A stretch of DNA of 64,000 bases from NCBI GenBank assembly GCA_046714315.1, contig JBKKBD010000212.1, positions 30,152 through 94,151 of the forward strand, written 5' to 3'. The DNA is from Specibacter sp. GTDB lineage: Bacteria; Actinomycetota; Actinomycetes; Actinomycetales; Micrococcaceae. This document shows positions 56,417 through 64,000 of the stretch, in pieces. Under the pieces are notes generated by a model. It worked only from the letters and a program-made list of their open reading frames with translations, had not been told where the DNA came from and ran no database searches. A program made the position numbers and the translations under genes. The first letter of the stretch is position 1, and every line of letters starts with the position of its first letter.

Positions 56417-57100
56417 ATGGCGCTTACGCCAGAAGACGTTGTCAACAAGCGGTTCCAGCCGACGAAGTTCCGCGAAGGCTACGACCAGGACGAAGTTGAC
56501 GATTTTCTTGACGAAATCGTCGTAGAGCTTCGCCGCTTGCACCAAGAAAACGATGACCTGCGCAAGCAGCTCGCCGATGGTGGATCCGACTCCGCAGCCG
56601 CTCCTGTCGCAGCAGCCCCGCTGTTGACGAAGGAGCCGGAAGTTGTCAAGGAGCCGGTCAAGCCCGAGCCCGTCGTTGAGCCCGAGCCGGTTGTTGAGCC
56701 CGAGCCTGTTGTTGAGGAAGCGCCCGTTGTTGCGGCTGCTCCCGCAGCGGCAGCGGTTTCCGCTACCTCGGCAGAGTCCGCAACCGGCGTTATCGCCTTG
56801 GCTCAGCGCCTGCACGACGAATACGTCAACGCAGGTGTGGAGCAGCGCGACAAGATCATCGCCGAAGCACAGATCGAGGCCAGCACACTGGTCAACGATG
56901 CACAGGAGAAGAGCCGCAAGACGCTCGGTGCCCTGGAGCAGCAGCGTTCAGTGCTCGAACGCAAGGTCGAGCAGTTGCGCGGCTTCGAGCGCGACTACCG
57001 TTCACGCTTGAAGACCTACATTGAAGGTCAGCTGCGTGACTTGGATGCACGCGGTTCGGTGGCAGCACCGGATTTCACCGAGGGTAACTCGGAATCCTAA
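56417..57100 (+). CDS. divIVA: DivIVA/Wag31
   Basis: MALTPEDVVNKRF..REGYDQDEVDDFLD, C-terminal coiled coil LRGFERDYRSRL. Confidence 0.96.
   Translation: MALTPEDVVNKRFQPTKFREGYDQDEVDDFLDEIVVELRRLHQENDDLRKQLADGGSDSAAAPVAAAPLLTKEPEVVKEPVKPEPVVEPEPVVEPEPVVEEAPVVAAAPAAAAVSATSAESATGVIALAQRLHDEYVNAGVEQRDKIIAEAQIEASTLVNDAQEKSRKTLGALEQQRSVLERKVEQLRGFERDYRSRLKTYIEGQLRDLDARGSVAAPDFTEGNSES
56663..56716 (+). repeat. 18-bp tandem repeat x3 in the divIVA linker (PEPVVE)
   Basis: CCCGAGCCNGTYGTTGAG x3. Confidence 0.85.
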
Positions 57101-57110
57101 GCCAAGAACT

Positions 57111-57152
57111 AAAAGCCGGTGGTGCAAGGAAACTTGTTCCACCGGCTTTTTT
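57111..57152 (+). terminator. Intrinsic terminator after divIVA
   Basis: AAAAGCCGGTGG...CCACCGGCTTTT followed by TT. Confidence 0.85.
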
Positions 57153-57195
57153 AATTGACCAATTACTTTTTTGCCAAAGAACAAATGAAAGCAAC

Positions 57196-57780
57196 ATGAG
57201 CGAGAACTCTTTGCAGGGCCCGGCAGCACCGTCCAAGCTCCGCCGTCGAACATTTTGGTGGCTGTGGCTAGGCTTTGCGGTGTTTGCCTATACGTGCGAT
57301 CAATTGACCAAATGGTGGGTTACTTCCACCATGGTTGAAGGTCAAACCACGGCTGTGATTCCGGGTGTCCTGCAGTGGTACTTCATTCGCAATTCCGGCG
57401 CGGCATTCTCCATTGGTGAAAACTTCACCTGGTTCTTTACTTTGGTCATGGCGGCAGTAGCCGTTGCGATCATCGTCATGTCCCGGCGGATCGGCTCTGC
57501 CTGGTGGGGGATTGGCCTTGGTCTGGTTCTGGGAGGCGCTCTGGGTAACCTGACGGACAGGCTGTTTCGTCCGCCGTCGTTCGCCATGGGTCACGTCGTT
57601 GACTTCATTTCCTTCCCGAATTTTGCCATCTTCAACATGGCCGATATGGCCGTGGTTGGCGGGGTCATCACCATCTGCGTGTTGACTCTCCTTGGCCTCC
57701 CGATGAGTGGGGTCAAGCCGGAGGAAGTTGCACCAGAAAAGAAGGCCGAAATCGTGGGCGAGGAAACCGAAAATGACTGA
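57196..57780 (+). CDS. lspA: Lipoprotein signal peptidase
   Basis: DQLTK, RNSGAAF, GNLTDR, VVDFI, FNMAD. Confidence 0.95.
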   Translation: MSENSLQGPAAPSKLRRRTFWWLWLGFAVFAYTCDQLTKWWVTSTMVEGQTTAVIPGVLQWYFIRNSGAAFSIGENFTWFFTLVMAAVAVAIIVMSRRIGSAWWGIGLGLVLGGALGNLTDRLFRPPSFAMGHVVDFISFPNFAIFNMADMAVVGGVITICVLTLLGLPMSGVKPEEVAPEKKAEIVGEETEND

Positions 57781-58696
57781 AACTTTTACCGTTCCTGAAG
57801 ACGTCGCTGGCAGTCGGGCCGACGCCGGACTGGCAGTGCTGCTGGGCATCTCACGTTCCGCCGCGGCGTTGCTGTGCACGGAGGGAAACGTGCTCCAAAA
57901 CGGTGTGATCTTGGGAAAAAGCGAGAAGTTCAAGGCCGGGGCCAGTGTTCAGGTCACGATTCCTGAGCGTCGTGACTTCCTTGAAGTTGTGGTTGAGCCA
58001 GTTGATGGCTTGAACATCCTGCTAGACGACGACGATTTCGTGGTGGTCGACAAACCCGTAGGCGTGGCCGCCCACCCCTCACCGGGCTGGGTTGGTCCCA
58101 CAGTTGTGGGTGGGCTAGCCGCCGCCGGATTCCGAATCTCCACCTCCGGTGCACAGGAGCGGGTTGGAATTGTTCACCGGCTCGACGTTGGCACCTCGGG
58201 TGCCATGGTGGTTGCCAAGACCGAACACGCCTACACAGTTCTCAAGCAGGCCTTCCGTGAACGGACCGTGGAGAAGGTTTACCACGCGGTGGTACAAGGT
58301 CTGCCCGATCCGCTGGCGGGCACCATCGATGCGCCCATTGGTCGGCACCCAGGCTTTGACTGGCGTTTTGCCGTGATCGAGGACGGCCGCCCTTCGATCA
58401 CTCACTACGAGGTCCTTGAAGCATTCGGCAAGGCCTCCTTGGTTGAGGTGCACTTGGAGACGGGGCGCACACACCAGATCCGCGTACACTTCTCGGCCCT
58501 ACGCCACCCCTGCGCCGGAGACCTCACCTACGGTGCCGATCCCACGCTGGCGGCTGAACTGGGTCTGACGCGGCAATGGCTGCACGCGCACAAACTCGGC
58601 TTCACGCACCCGTCGACGGGGGAGTTGGTATCGGTGACAAGCCCATACCCGCAGGACCTGAACTACGCGCTGGACCATCTGCGCGGCGAACACTGA
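57773..58696 (+). CDS. RluA-family pseudouridine synthase (RluD-like)
   Basis: S4-like N-terminus, [26 protein letters not shown]. Confidence 0.93.
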   Translation: MTETFTVPEDVAGSRADAGLAVLLGISRSAAALLCTEGNVLQNGVILGKSEKFKAGASVQVTIPERRDFLEVVVEPVDGLNILLDDDDFVVVDKPVGVAAHPSPGWVGPTVVGGLAAAGFRISTSGAQERVGIVHRLDVGTSGAMVVAKTEHAYTVLKQAFRERTVEKVYHAVVQGLPDPLAGTIDAPIGRHPGFDWRFAVIEDGRPSITHYEVLEAFGKASLVEVHLETGRTHQIRVHFSALRHPCAGDLTYGADPTLAAELGLTRQWLHAHKLGFTHPSTGELVSVTSPYPQDLNYALDHLRGEH

Positions 58697-58707
58697 GTGC
58701 TTCTGTT

Positions 58708-58740
58708 TTACGCTCCCTCTCGTCATGAGAGGGAGCGTAA
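58708..58740. terminator. Hairpin terminator (no long U-tract)
   Basis: Perfect 14-bp stem TTACGCTCCCTCTC/GAGAGGGAGCGTAA. Confidence 0.65.
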
Positions 58741-58815
58741 TGGTTTAAACCCCCGGATGTGAGCGAGCGTCGTGTGGTCGGTCAGCGTTTCATTTTTGGC
58801 ACGTAGAATGGTTCG

Positions 58816-61800
58816 GTGGCTAGCTCATCGACTGACAGTTTTGTTCATCTTCATACGCACACCGAGTACTCCATGTTGGACGGTGCGGCGCGCCTGACCG
58901 AACTGTTTGACGAGGCCAAACGGCTTGAAATGCCGGCCTTGGCCACCACGGATCATGGCTACCTTTTCGGGGCCTTCGATTTTTGGCGGAAGGCCACCGA
59001 CGCGGGCATCAAGCCCATCATTGGTGTTGAAGCCTATGTCACCCCGGGCACCGCTCGCACGGACAAGACCAGGGTCAAGTGGCGCACCGAGGAGTCCCAG
59101 AAGAAGGACGACGTCTCAGGTGGTGGTTTCTACACCCACATGACGCTGCTCAGCTACAACAACCAGGGCATGCGGAACCTGTTCCGGGCCTCCTCCCTTG
59201 GTTCCCTGGATTCGCCCATGGGCAAGTACCCGCGCCTTGACCGTGAACTGCTAAACCAGTACCACCCGGGCCTGATTGCGACCACGGGGTGCCCCTCCGG
59301 CGAGGTGCAAACAAGGCTCCGCTTGGGCCAGTACAACGAAGCCAAGGCTACGGCCGCCGAATTCCAGGACATCTTCGGCAAGGAAAACTACTTCTGCGAA
59401 CTCATGGACCACGGCCTGGACATTGAGCGACGCGTCACCAAGGACTTGCTGCGCCTGGCCAAGGAATTGGCGATCCCGCTGGTCGCCACGAACGATCTCC
59501 ACTACACCCACGAGCACGATGCCAAGGCCCACGAGGCACTCTTGGCCCTGCAATCGGCGTCCACGCTCACCGAGCCCACTTATGATCAGGGTGGCAAGCG
59601 CTTTGCGTTTAGCGGTAGCGGCTACTACCTGAAGTCTCCGGCTGAAATGCGTTCGCTGTTCTCGGAATTGCCCGAAGCCTGTGACAATACGCTTCTCATC
59701 GCCGAGCGCTGTGAAGTGTCCTTTAACACGGACGCCAATTACATGCCCAAGTTCCCCTGCCCGCCCGGCGACGATGAAACGTCCTGGTTGGTCAAGGAGG
59801 TCGACGCCGGGCTGAAGTTCAGGTACCCGGCGGGTATTCCAGACAATGTTCGGGAGCGGGCCGATTATGAACTTGGCGTCATCATCAAGATGGGCTTCCC
59901 GGGCTACTTCCTTGTGGTTGCCGACTTCATCAACTGGTCAAAGGACCACGGCATCCGCGTGGGCCCGGGCCGTGGTTCAGGTGCCGGTTCCATGGTTGCC
60001 TATGCCATGCGCATCACCGATCTCGATCCGATCCGGCACGGCCTGATCTTTGAGCGTTTCCTGAACCCGGAACGCGTCTCCATGCCTGACTTTGACGTGG
60101 ACTTCGATGATCGCCGCCGCCATGAGGTCATCAAGTATGTGACCGAAAAGTACGGCGATGAGCGTGTTGCCATGATCGTCACCTACGGCAGCATCAAGAC
60201 TAAGCAGGCCTTGAAGGACTCATCCCGCGTCCTTGGACACCCCTTCAGCATGGGTGAAATGCTGACCAAGGCGCTGCCACCGGCCGTCATGGCCAAGGAC
60301 ATCCTGCTCAATGACATTGAAAACCCGGAGGCCAAGCGCTACAGCGAGGCCGCCGATTTCCGCAACCTGATCAACAGTGATCCTGAAGCGGCCAAGGTCT
60401 TTGAACTGTCCAAGGGGCTTGAAGGCCTCAAGCGCCAGTGGGGTGTTCACGCGGCCGGTGTGATCATGAGCTCCGATCCCATCATCGACGTCATCCCGAT
60501 CATGCGCCGCATCCAAGACGGGCAGGTCATCACGCAGTTCGACTACCCGACGAGTGAAGGCCTTGGCCTGATCAAGATGGACTTTTTGGGGTTGCGCAAC
60601 CTCACCATCATCACCGACGCCCTGGAGAACATTAAGGCCAACACGGGCTTTGAACTAGACCTTGAAGGTCTGGAGTACGACGACGTCGCCTCCTACGAGC
60701 TCATGGCCCGTGGTGACACGCTGGGCGTGTTCCAGCTCGACGGCGGACCCATGCGCGGGCTCCTCAAGCTCATGCGTCCGGACAACTTTGAGGACATCTC
60801 CGCCGTCCTGGCGCTATACCGGCCCGGCCCCATGGGTGCCGATTCGCACACGAACTATGCCTTGCGCAAGAACGGCCTGCAGCCGATCACCCCGATTCAC
60901 CCCGAGCTTGAAGAACCGCTGGCGGAGATTCTCGGCGGTACCTACGGTTTGATCGTGTACCAGGAGCAGGTCATGTCCATCGCGCAGAAGCTGGCCGGCT
61001 ATTCGCTGGGCCGGGCTGATATTTTGCGCCGTGCAATGGGTAAGAAGAAGAAGTCCGAACTGGATAAGCAGTACGCCGGCTTCCACCAGGGCATGTTGGA
61101 CAACGGTTACTCTGACGCCGCTGTCACCACCTTGTGGGCGATCCTGCTGCCCTTCTCTGACTACGCCTTCAACAAGGCCCACTCCGCCGCGTACGGTGTC
61201 ATCAGCTACTGGACCGCCTACCTCAAGGCGCATTACCCGGCCGAATACATGGCTGCGCTGCTGACCAGCGTCGGGGATGACAAGGACAAACTGGCTCTGT
61301 ACCTGAACGAGAGCCGCCGCATGGGCATTACCGTGCTGGCCCCTGATGTCAACGAATCAGCGCTGAACTTCACCCCGGTGGGCAGCGACATCCGCTTTGG
61401 CATGGGTGCCATCCGCAACGTTGGCGCCAACGTAGTGAACGGCCTGGTTGACTCCCGCACGGAGCGCGGCAATTTTGAGAACTTCGCCGACTTCTTGATG
61501 AAGGTTCCGGCGGTGGTGTGCAACAAGCGCACCATCGAATCCTTGATCAAGGCCGGTGCCTTTGATTCTCTGGGCCATGCCCGCAGGGCCCTGGCCATGA
61601 TCCACGAAGAAGCCGTGGACTCTGTCATCACCATCAAGCGCAACGAGGCCGTGGGGCAGTTTGACCTCTTTGCCGGGCTCGGCGGGGACGCCGAACCCGA
61701 AGCCGCCTTGATCACCGAGATTCCGGACCTTCCCGAATGGGAGAAGAAGGACAAGCTGGCGTTTGAGCGCGACATGCTGGGCCTCTACGTCTCCGACCAC

Positions 61801-62382
61801 CCGCTGCGTGGACTGGAAGGCGTTCTGAGTCAAAACGCCGACATTTCCATCACCGCGCTGCTCGCCGACGACGGCCCCCAGGATGGTCACATCATCACCA
61901 TTTCGGGCATGATCACCAACTTGCAACGGCGCATTGCCAAGAGCAGCGGCAACCCGTACGCGCGCTGCGAGGTGGAGGATCTTGGTGGCTCGGTTGAGGT
62001 CATGTTCTTTGGTCAGGTGTACGGTCCCATCGCCAACGTCCTGGCCGAAGACCTGATCGTGGTCATCAAGGGACGCCTGCAAAAGCGCGACGACGGGGCC
62101 GTCACCTTGAACGCTATGGAACTGAGCGTTCCTGACCTGAGCGAAGGCCTTTCCGGTCCGCTGGTCATCTCCATGCCGGAACACAAGGCCAACGAGCAAG
62201 TGTTGCTGGCTTTGAAGAACGTGTTGGGGGATCACCGCGGCAACACCGAAGTCAAGATGCACTTGTCCGGCAGCCGCTCCATGAAAGTCATGAAACTGCC
62301 TTTGCACCACCGCGTCAATCCCACCCCTGCCTTGTTTGGGGACTTGAAGGTCCTGTTGGGTCCGACGTGTCTGGAAGGCTGA
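58816..62382 (+). CDS. dnaE: DNA polymerase III alpha subunit
   Basis: FVHLHTHTEYS PHP domain, GRGSGAGS, MPDFDVDF, KMDFLGL, OB fold; no intein apparent. Confidence 0.97.
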   Translation: MASSSTDSFVHLHTHTEYSMLDGAARLTELFDEAKRLEMPALATTDHGYLFGAFDFWRKATDAGIKPIIGVEAYVTPGTARTDKTRVKWRTEESQKKDDVSGGGFYTHMTLLSYNNQGMRNLFRASSLGSLDSPMGKYPRLDRELLNQYHPGLIATTGCPSGEVQTRLRLGQYNEAKATAAEFQDIFGKENYFCELMDHGLDIERRVTKDLLRLAKELAIPLVATNDLHYTHEHDAKAHEALLALQSASTLTEPTYDQGGKRFAFSGSGYYLKSPAEMRSLFSELPEACDNTLLIAERCEVSFNTDANYMPKFPCPPGDDETSWLVKEVDAGLKFRYPAGIPDNVRERADYELGVIIKMGFPGYFLVVADFINWSKDHGIRVGPGRGSGAGSMVAYAMRITDLDPIRHGLIFERFLNPERVSMPDFDVDFDDRRRHEVIKYVTEKYGDERVAMIVTYGSIKTKQALKDSSRVLGHPFSMGEMLTKALPPAVMAKDILLNDIENPEAKRYSEAADFRNLINSDPEAAKVFELSKGLEGLKRQWGVHAAGVIMSSDPIIDVIPIMRRIQDGQVITQFDYPTSEGLGLIKMDFLGLRNLTIITDALENIKANTGFELDLEGLEYDDVASYELMARGDTLGVFQLDGGPMRGLLKLMRPDNFEDISAVLALYRPGPMGADSHTNYALRKNGLQPITPIHPELEEPLAEILGGTYGLIVYQEQVMSIAQKLAGYSLGRADILRRAMGKKKKSELDKQYAGFHQGMLDNGYSDAAVTTLWAILLPFSDYAFNKAHSAAYGVISYWTAYLKAHYPAEYMAALLTSVGDDKDKLALYLNESRRMGITVLAPDVNESALNFTPVGSDIRFGMGAIRNVGANVVNGLVDSRTERGNFENFADFLMKVPAVVCNKRTIESLIKAGAFDSLGHARRALAMIHEEAVDSVITIKRNEAVGQFDLFAGLGGDAEPEAALITEIPDLPEWEKKDKLAFERDMLGLYVSDHPLRGLEGVLSQNADISITALLADDGPQDGHIITISGMITNLQRRIAKSSGNPYARCEVEDLGGSVEVMFFGQVYGPIANVLAEDLIVVIKGRLQKRDDGAVTLNAMELSVPDLSEGLSGPLVISMPEHKANEQVLLALKNVLGDHRGNTEVKMHLSGSRSMKVMKLPLHHRVNPTPALFGDLKVLLGPTCLEG

Positions 62383-62945
62383 TGCGCCAGGAGACGCGGG
62401 CCCTTTGGCGTAGTGGCTTGTCCTTTGCCGTCCTTACAGGCATGGTTGTCGGGGTCCTGTGGTGGCTGCTGGCACCAGGCGGAGCTTTCTACGGCAAAGG
62501 CACCGATGCCACCATCTGGTTGCCGCGTGATGCCGTGCTGGGGATCCTGCTGGCCTTGGCGGGGGCTTTCTCCGCCATGGTCACAATGCGCACTTCCTCC
62601 CAGAGCCGCTCACCATCCCGCCGTTCATCCCAGCGACGGCGCCGTGCCTTGGGCTCGGCGACAAAGCACGCTGCGGCACCGATGGCCATCGTGATTCTGG
62701 CCGTGTCTGGACTGGTGGGGTCCGTCGTCGCATGGAGAATGGGTGTTTTTGCCGGAGATCTCTTCCAGACACCGCCGGAAAACATGCCCAACCCCAGCAT
62801 CGTGTTCTCCCTGCGTTCGGGCCCGTTGCTCCTGCTGTGGCCGCTGCTTGCGACGGTGGTGCTCTTTGTGTGGAGCCTTCTCTCCTACGCTTTCGTGCCG
62901 TCACCAGATGAGACGCTGCACACCACCGCCGGGGCCAACGGGTAA
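62382..62945 (+). CDS. Hypothetical membrane protein (about 4 TM)
   Basis: ATG overlaps the dnaE TGA (TGATG); hydrophobic segments, R/S-rich loop. Confidence 0.75.
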   Translation: MRQETRALWRSGLSFAVLTGMVVGVLWWLLAPGGAFYGKGTDATIWLPRDAVLGILLALAGAFSAMVTMRTSSQSRSPSRRSSQRRRRALGSATKHAAAPMAIVILAVSGLVGSVVAWRMGVFAGDLFQTPPENMPNPSIVFSLRSGPLLLLWPLLATVVLFVWSLLSYAFVPSPDETLHTTAGANG

Positions 62946-62955
62946 ACTTACCCGG

Positions 62956-64000
62956 GTGAGCAACCTTGAATCTTCCGTGTCCACCGCCCCATCCAGCGCA
63001 TTCGCAAACCTGCATCGCACCGACCTGCGCGGACGCACCCTGAGCCTTGCCGAATTGAAAAGCGCCGTTCCCCGGACGGCCCAGTCGACCGTCACGACGG
63101 CCGAGACCGCCGTTCATGGCATTATTGCCGATGTGCGGGAGCGCGGCCATGCGGCACTTTCGGAGCTTGCCCTGAAGTTCGACGGCGTCACCCAGGAACA
63201 CCCCCGGGTCCCGGCCGAAGCACTTGCCCAGGCGCTGGAATCTCTGGACCCACAGGTGCGGGCCGCCCTGGAAGAGTCGATTTCCCGCGCCAAGGCATTC
63301 GCGCAGGCCCAAAAGCCCGCTGACATCGACGTACCTATCGCCGCTGGTGCTGTTGTATCCTCACATTGGATTCCGGTGCGCCGTGTTGGCCTTTACGTGC
63401 CGGGCGGCCTTGCTGCTTATCCTTCATCTGTCATTATGAACGTTGTTCCGGCGCTGGCCGCCGGCGTAGGCTCGGTGGCCCTTGCATCACCGCCGCAAAA
63501 GGAATTTGGTGGCCTTCCGGATCTGACGGTGTTGGCTGCGGCCGCGCTGCTGGGGATCGATGAGGTTTACGCCATGGGCGGGGCCCAGGCCATCGTTGCC
63601 TTCGCCTACGGCGTCCAGGCTGGTAGCAGCGCTAATGGAGCAGGCGGCGTCATTGAGCCTGTTGATGTCGTTACGGGCCCGGGCAATATCTTTGTCGCCA
63701 CGGCCAAGCGCCTGGTCAAGGGGGTTGTTGGCATTGACTCCGAGGCTGGCGCCACAGAAATTGCGGTCCTGGCGGATCAGAGCGCGAACCCGGCGTTTGT
63801 GGCAGCCGATCTCATCAGCCAGGCAGAGCACGATCCCAACGCCGCCTCCGTGCTGGTTACGCCGTCGCTGGAGCTTGCCGACGCCGTCGAAGAAGAATTA
63901 CGTCGCCAGGTGGCCACCACCAGGCACCGGGAACGTGTTGAAACTGCATTGAATGGTCCGCAGTCGGGCATTGTTCTTGTCGACGACCTGGATCAGGGTG
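62956..64000 (+). CDS. hisD: Histidinol dehydrogenase (partial, runs off the window end)
   Basis: Translated by hand from GTG 62956: VGLYVPGG...YPSSVIMN, GGAQA, GPGNIFV, GIDSEAGATE, SQAEHD. Not in the supplied ORF track. Confidence 0.94.
   Translation, partial: MSNLESSVSTAPSSAFANLHRTDLRGRTLSLAELKSAVPRTAQSTVTTAETAVHGIIADVRERGHAALSELALKFDGVTQEHPRVPAEALAQALESLDPQVRAALEESISRAKAFAQAQKPADIDVPIAAGAVVSSHWIPVRRVGLYVPGGLAAYPSSVIMNVVPALAAGVGSVALASPPQKEFGGLPDLTVLAAAALLGIDEVYAMGGAQAIVAFAYGVQAGSSANGAGGVIEPVDVVTGPGNIFVATAKRLVKGVVGIDSEAGATEIAVLADQSANPAFVAADLISQAEHDPNAASVLVTPSLELADAVEEELRRQVATTRHRERVETALNGPQSGIVLVDDLDQG

Noticed and set aside
58816-62382. Intein in dnaE
   Set aside because: The length (1188 aa) is normal and no splicing motifs or homing-endonuclease insertion are evident.

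Overview
High-GC actinobacterial chromosome segment; gene order and protein sequences point to Micrococcaceae (Arthrobacter-like), which is an inference. It is mostly core genome: der, tRNA-Pro(GGG), an accessory detox/lipid block (HAD, flavin monooxygenase, YhhN, GyrI-like, acyl-CoA dehydrogenase, USP-fluc-fluc), gcvH-garA-ftsR-BFN-MerR, parA-like, gcvP, pyc, fadD, glk, aroG(II), a PASTA kinase, LysM-SLT, dinB, the complete dcw cluster (mraZ to divIVA), lspA, rluD, dnaE and a partial hisD. No CRISPR array, prophage, integrase or classical IS was found. Best candidate for a novel system: a single AbiEi-like/DUF559 (Vsr-like PD-(D/E)XK) nuclease gene bracketed by two oppositely oriented ~70-bp structured palindromes. 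The right palindrome supplies the stop codon and a perfect DnaA box lies in the promoter. A third, gene-less copy sits 7.5 kb away. This resembles a REP/RAYT-type system with no HUH transposase. Also notable: a shared GTTACT-N4-AGTAAC operator plus a CRP-like site upstream of two fatty-acid genes, and a putative FtsR box at both ftsZ and the second MerR gene. All coordinates were read by hand, and no database searches were run.
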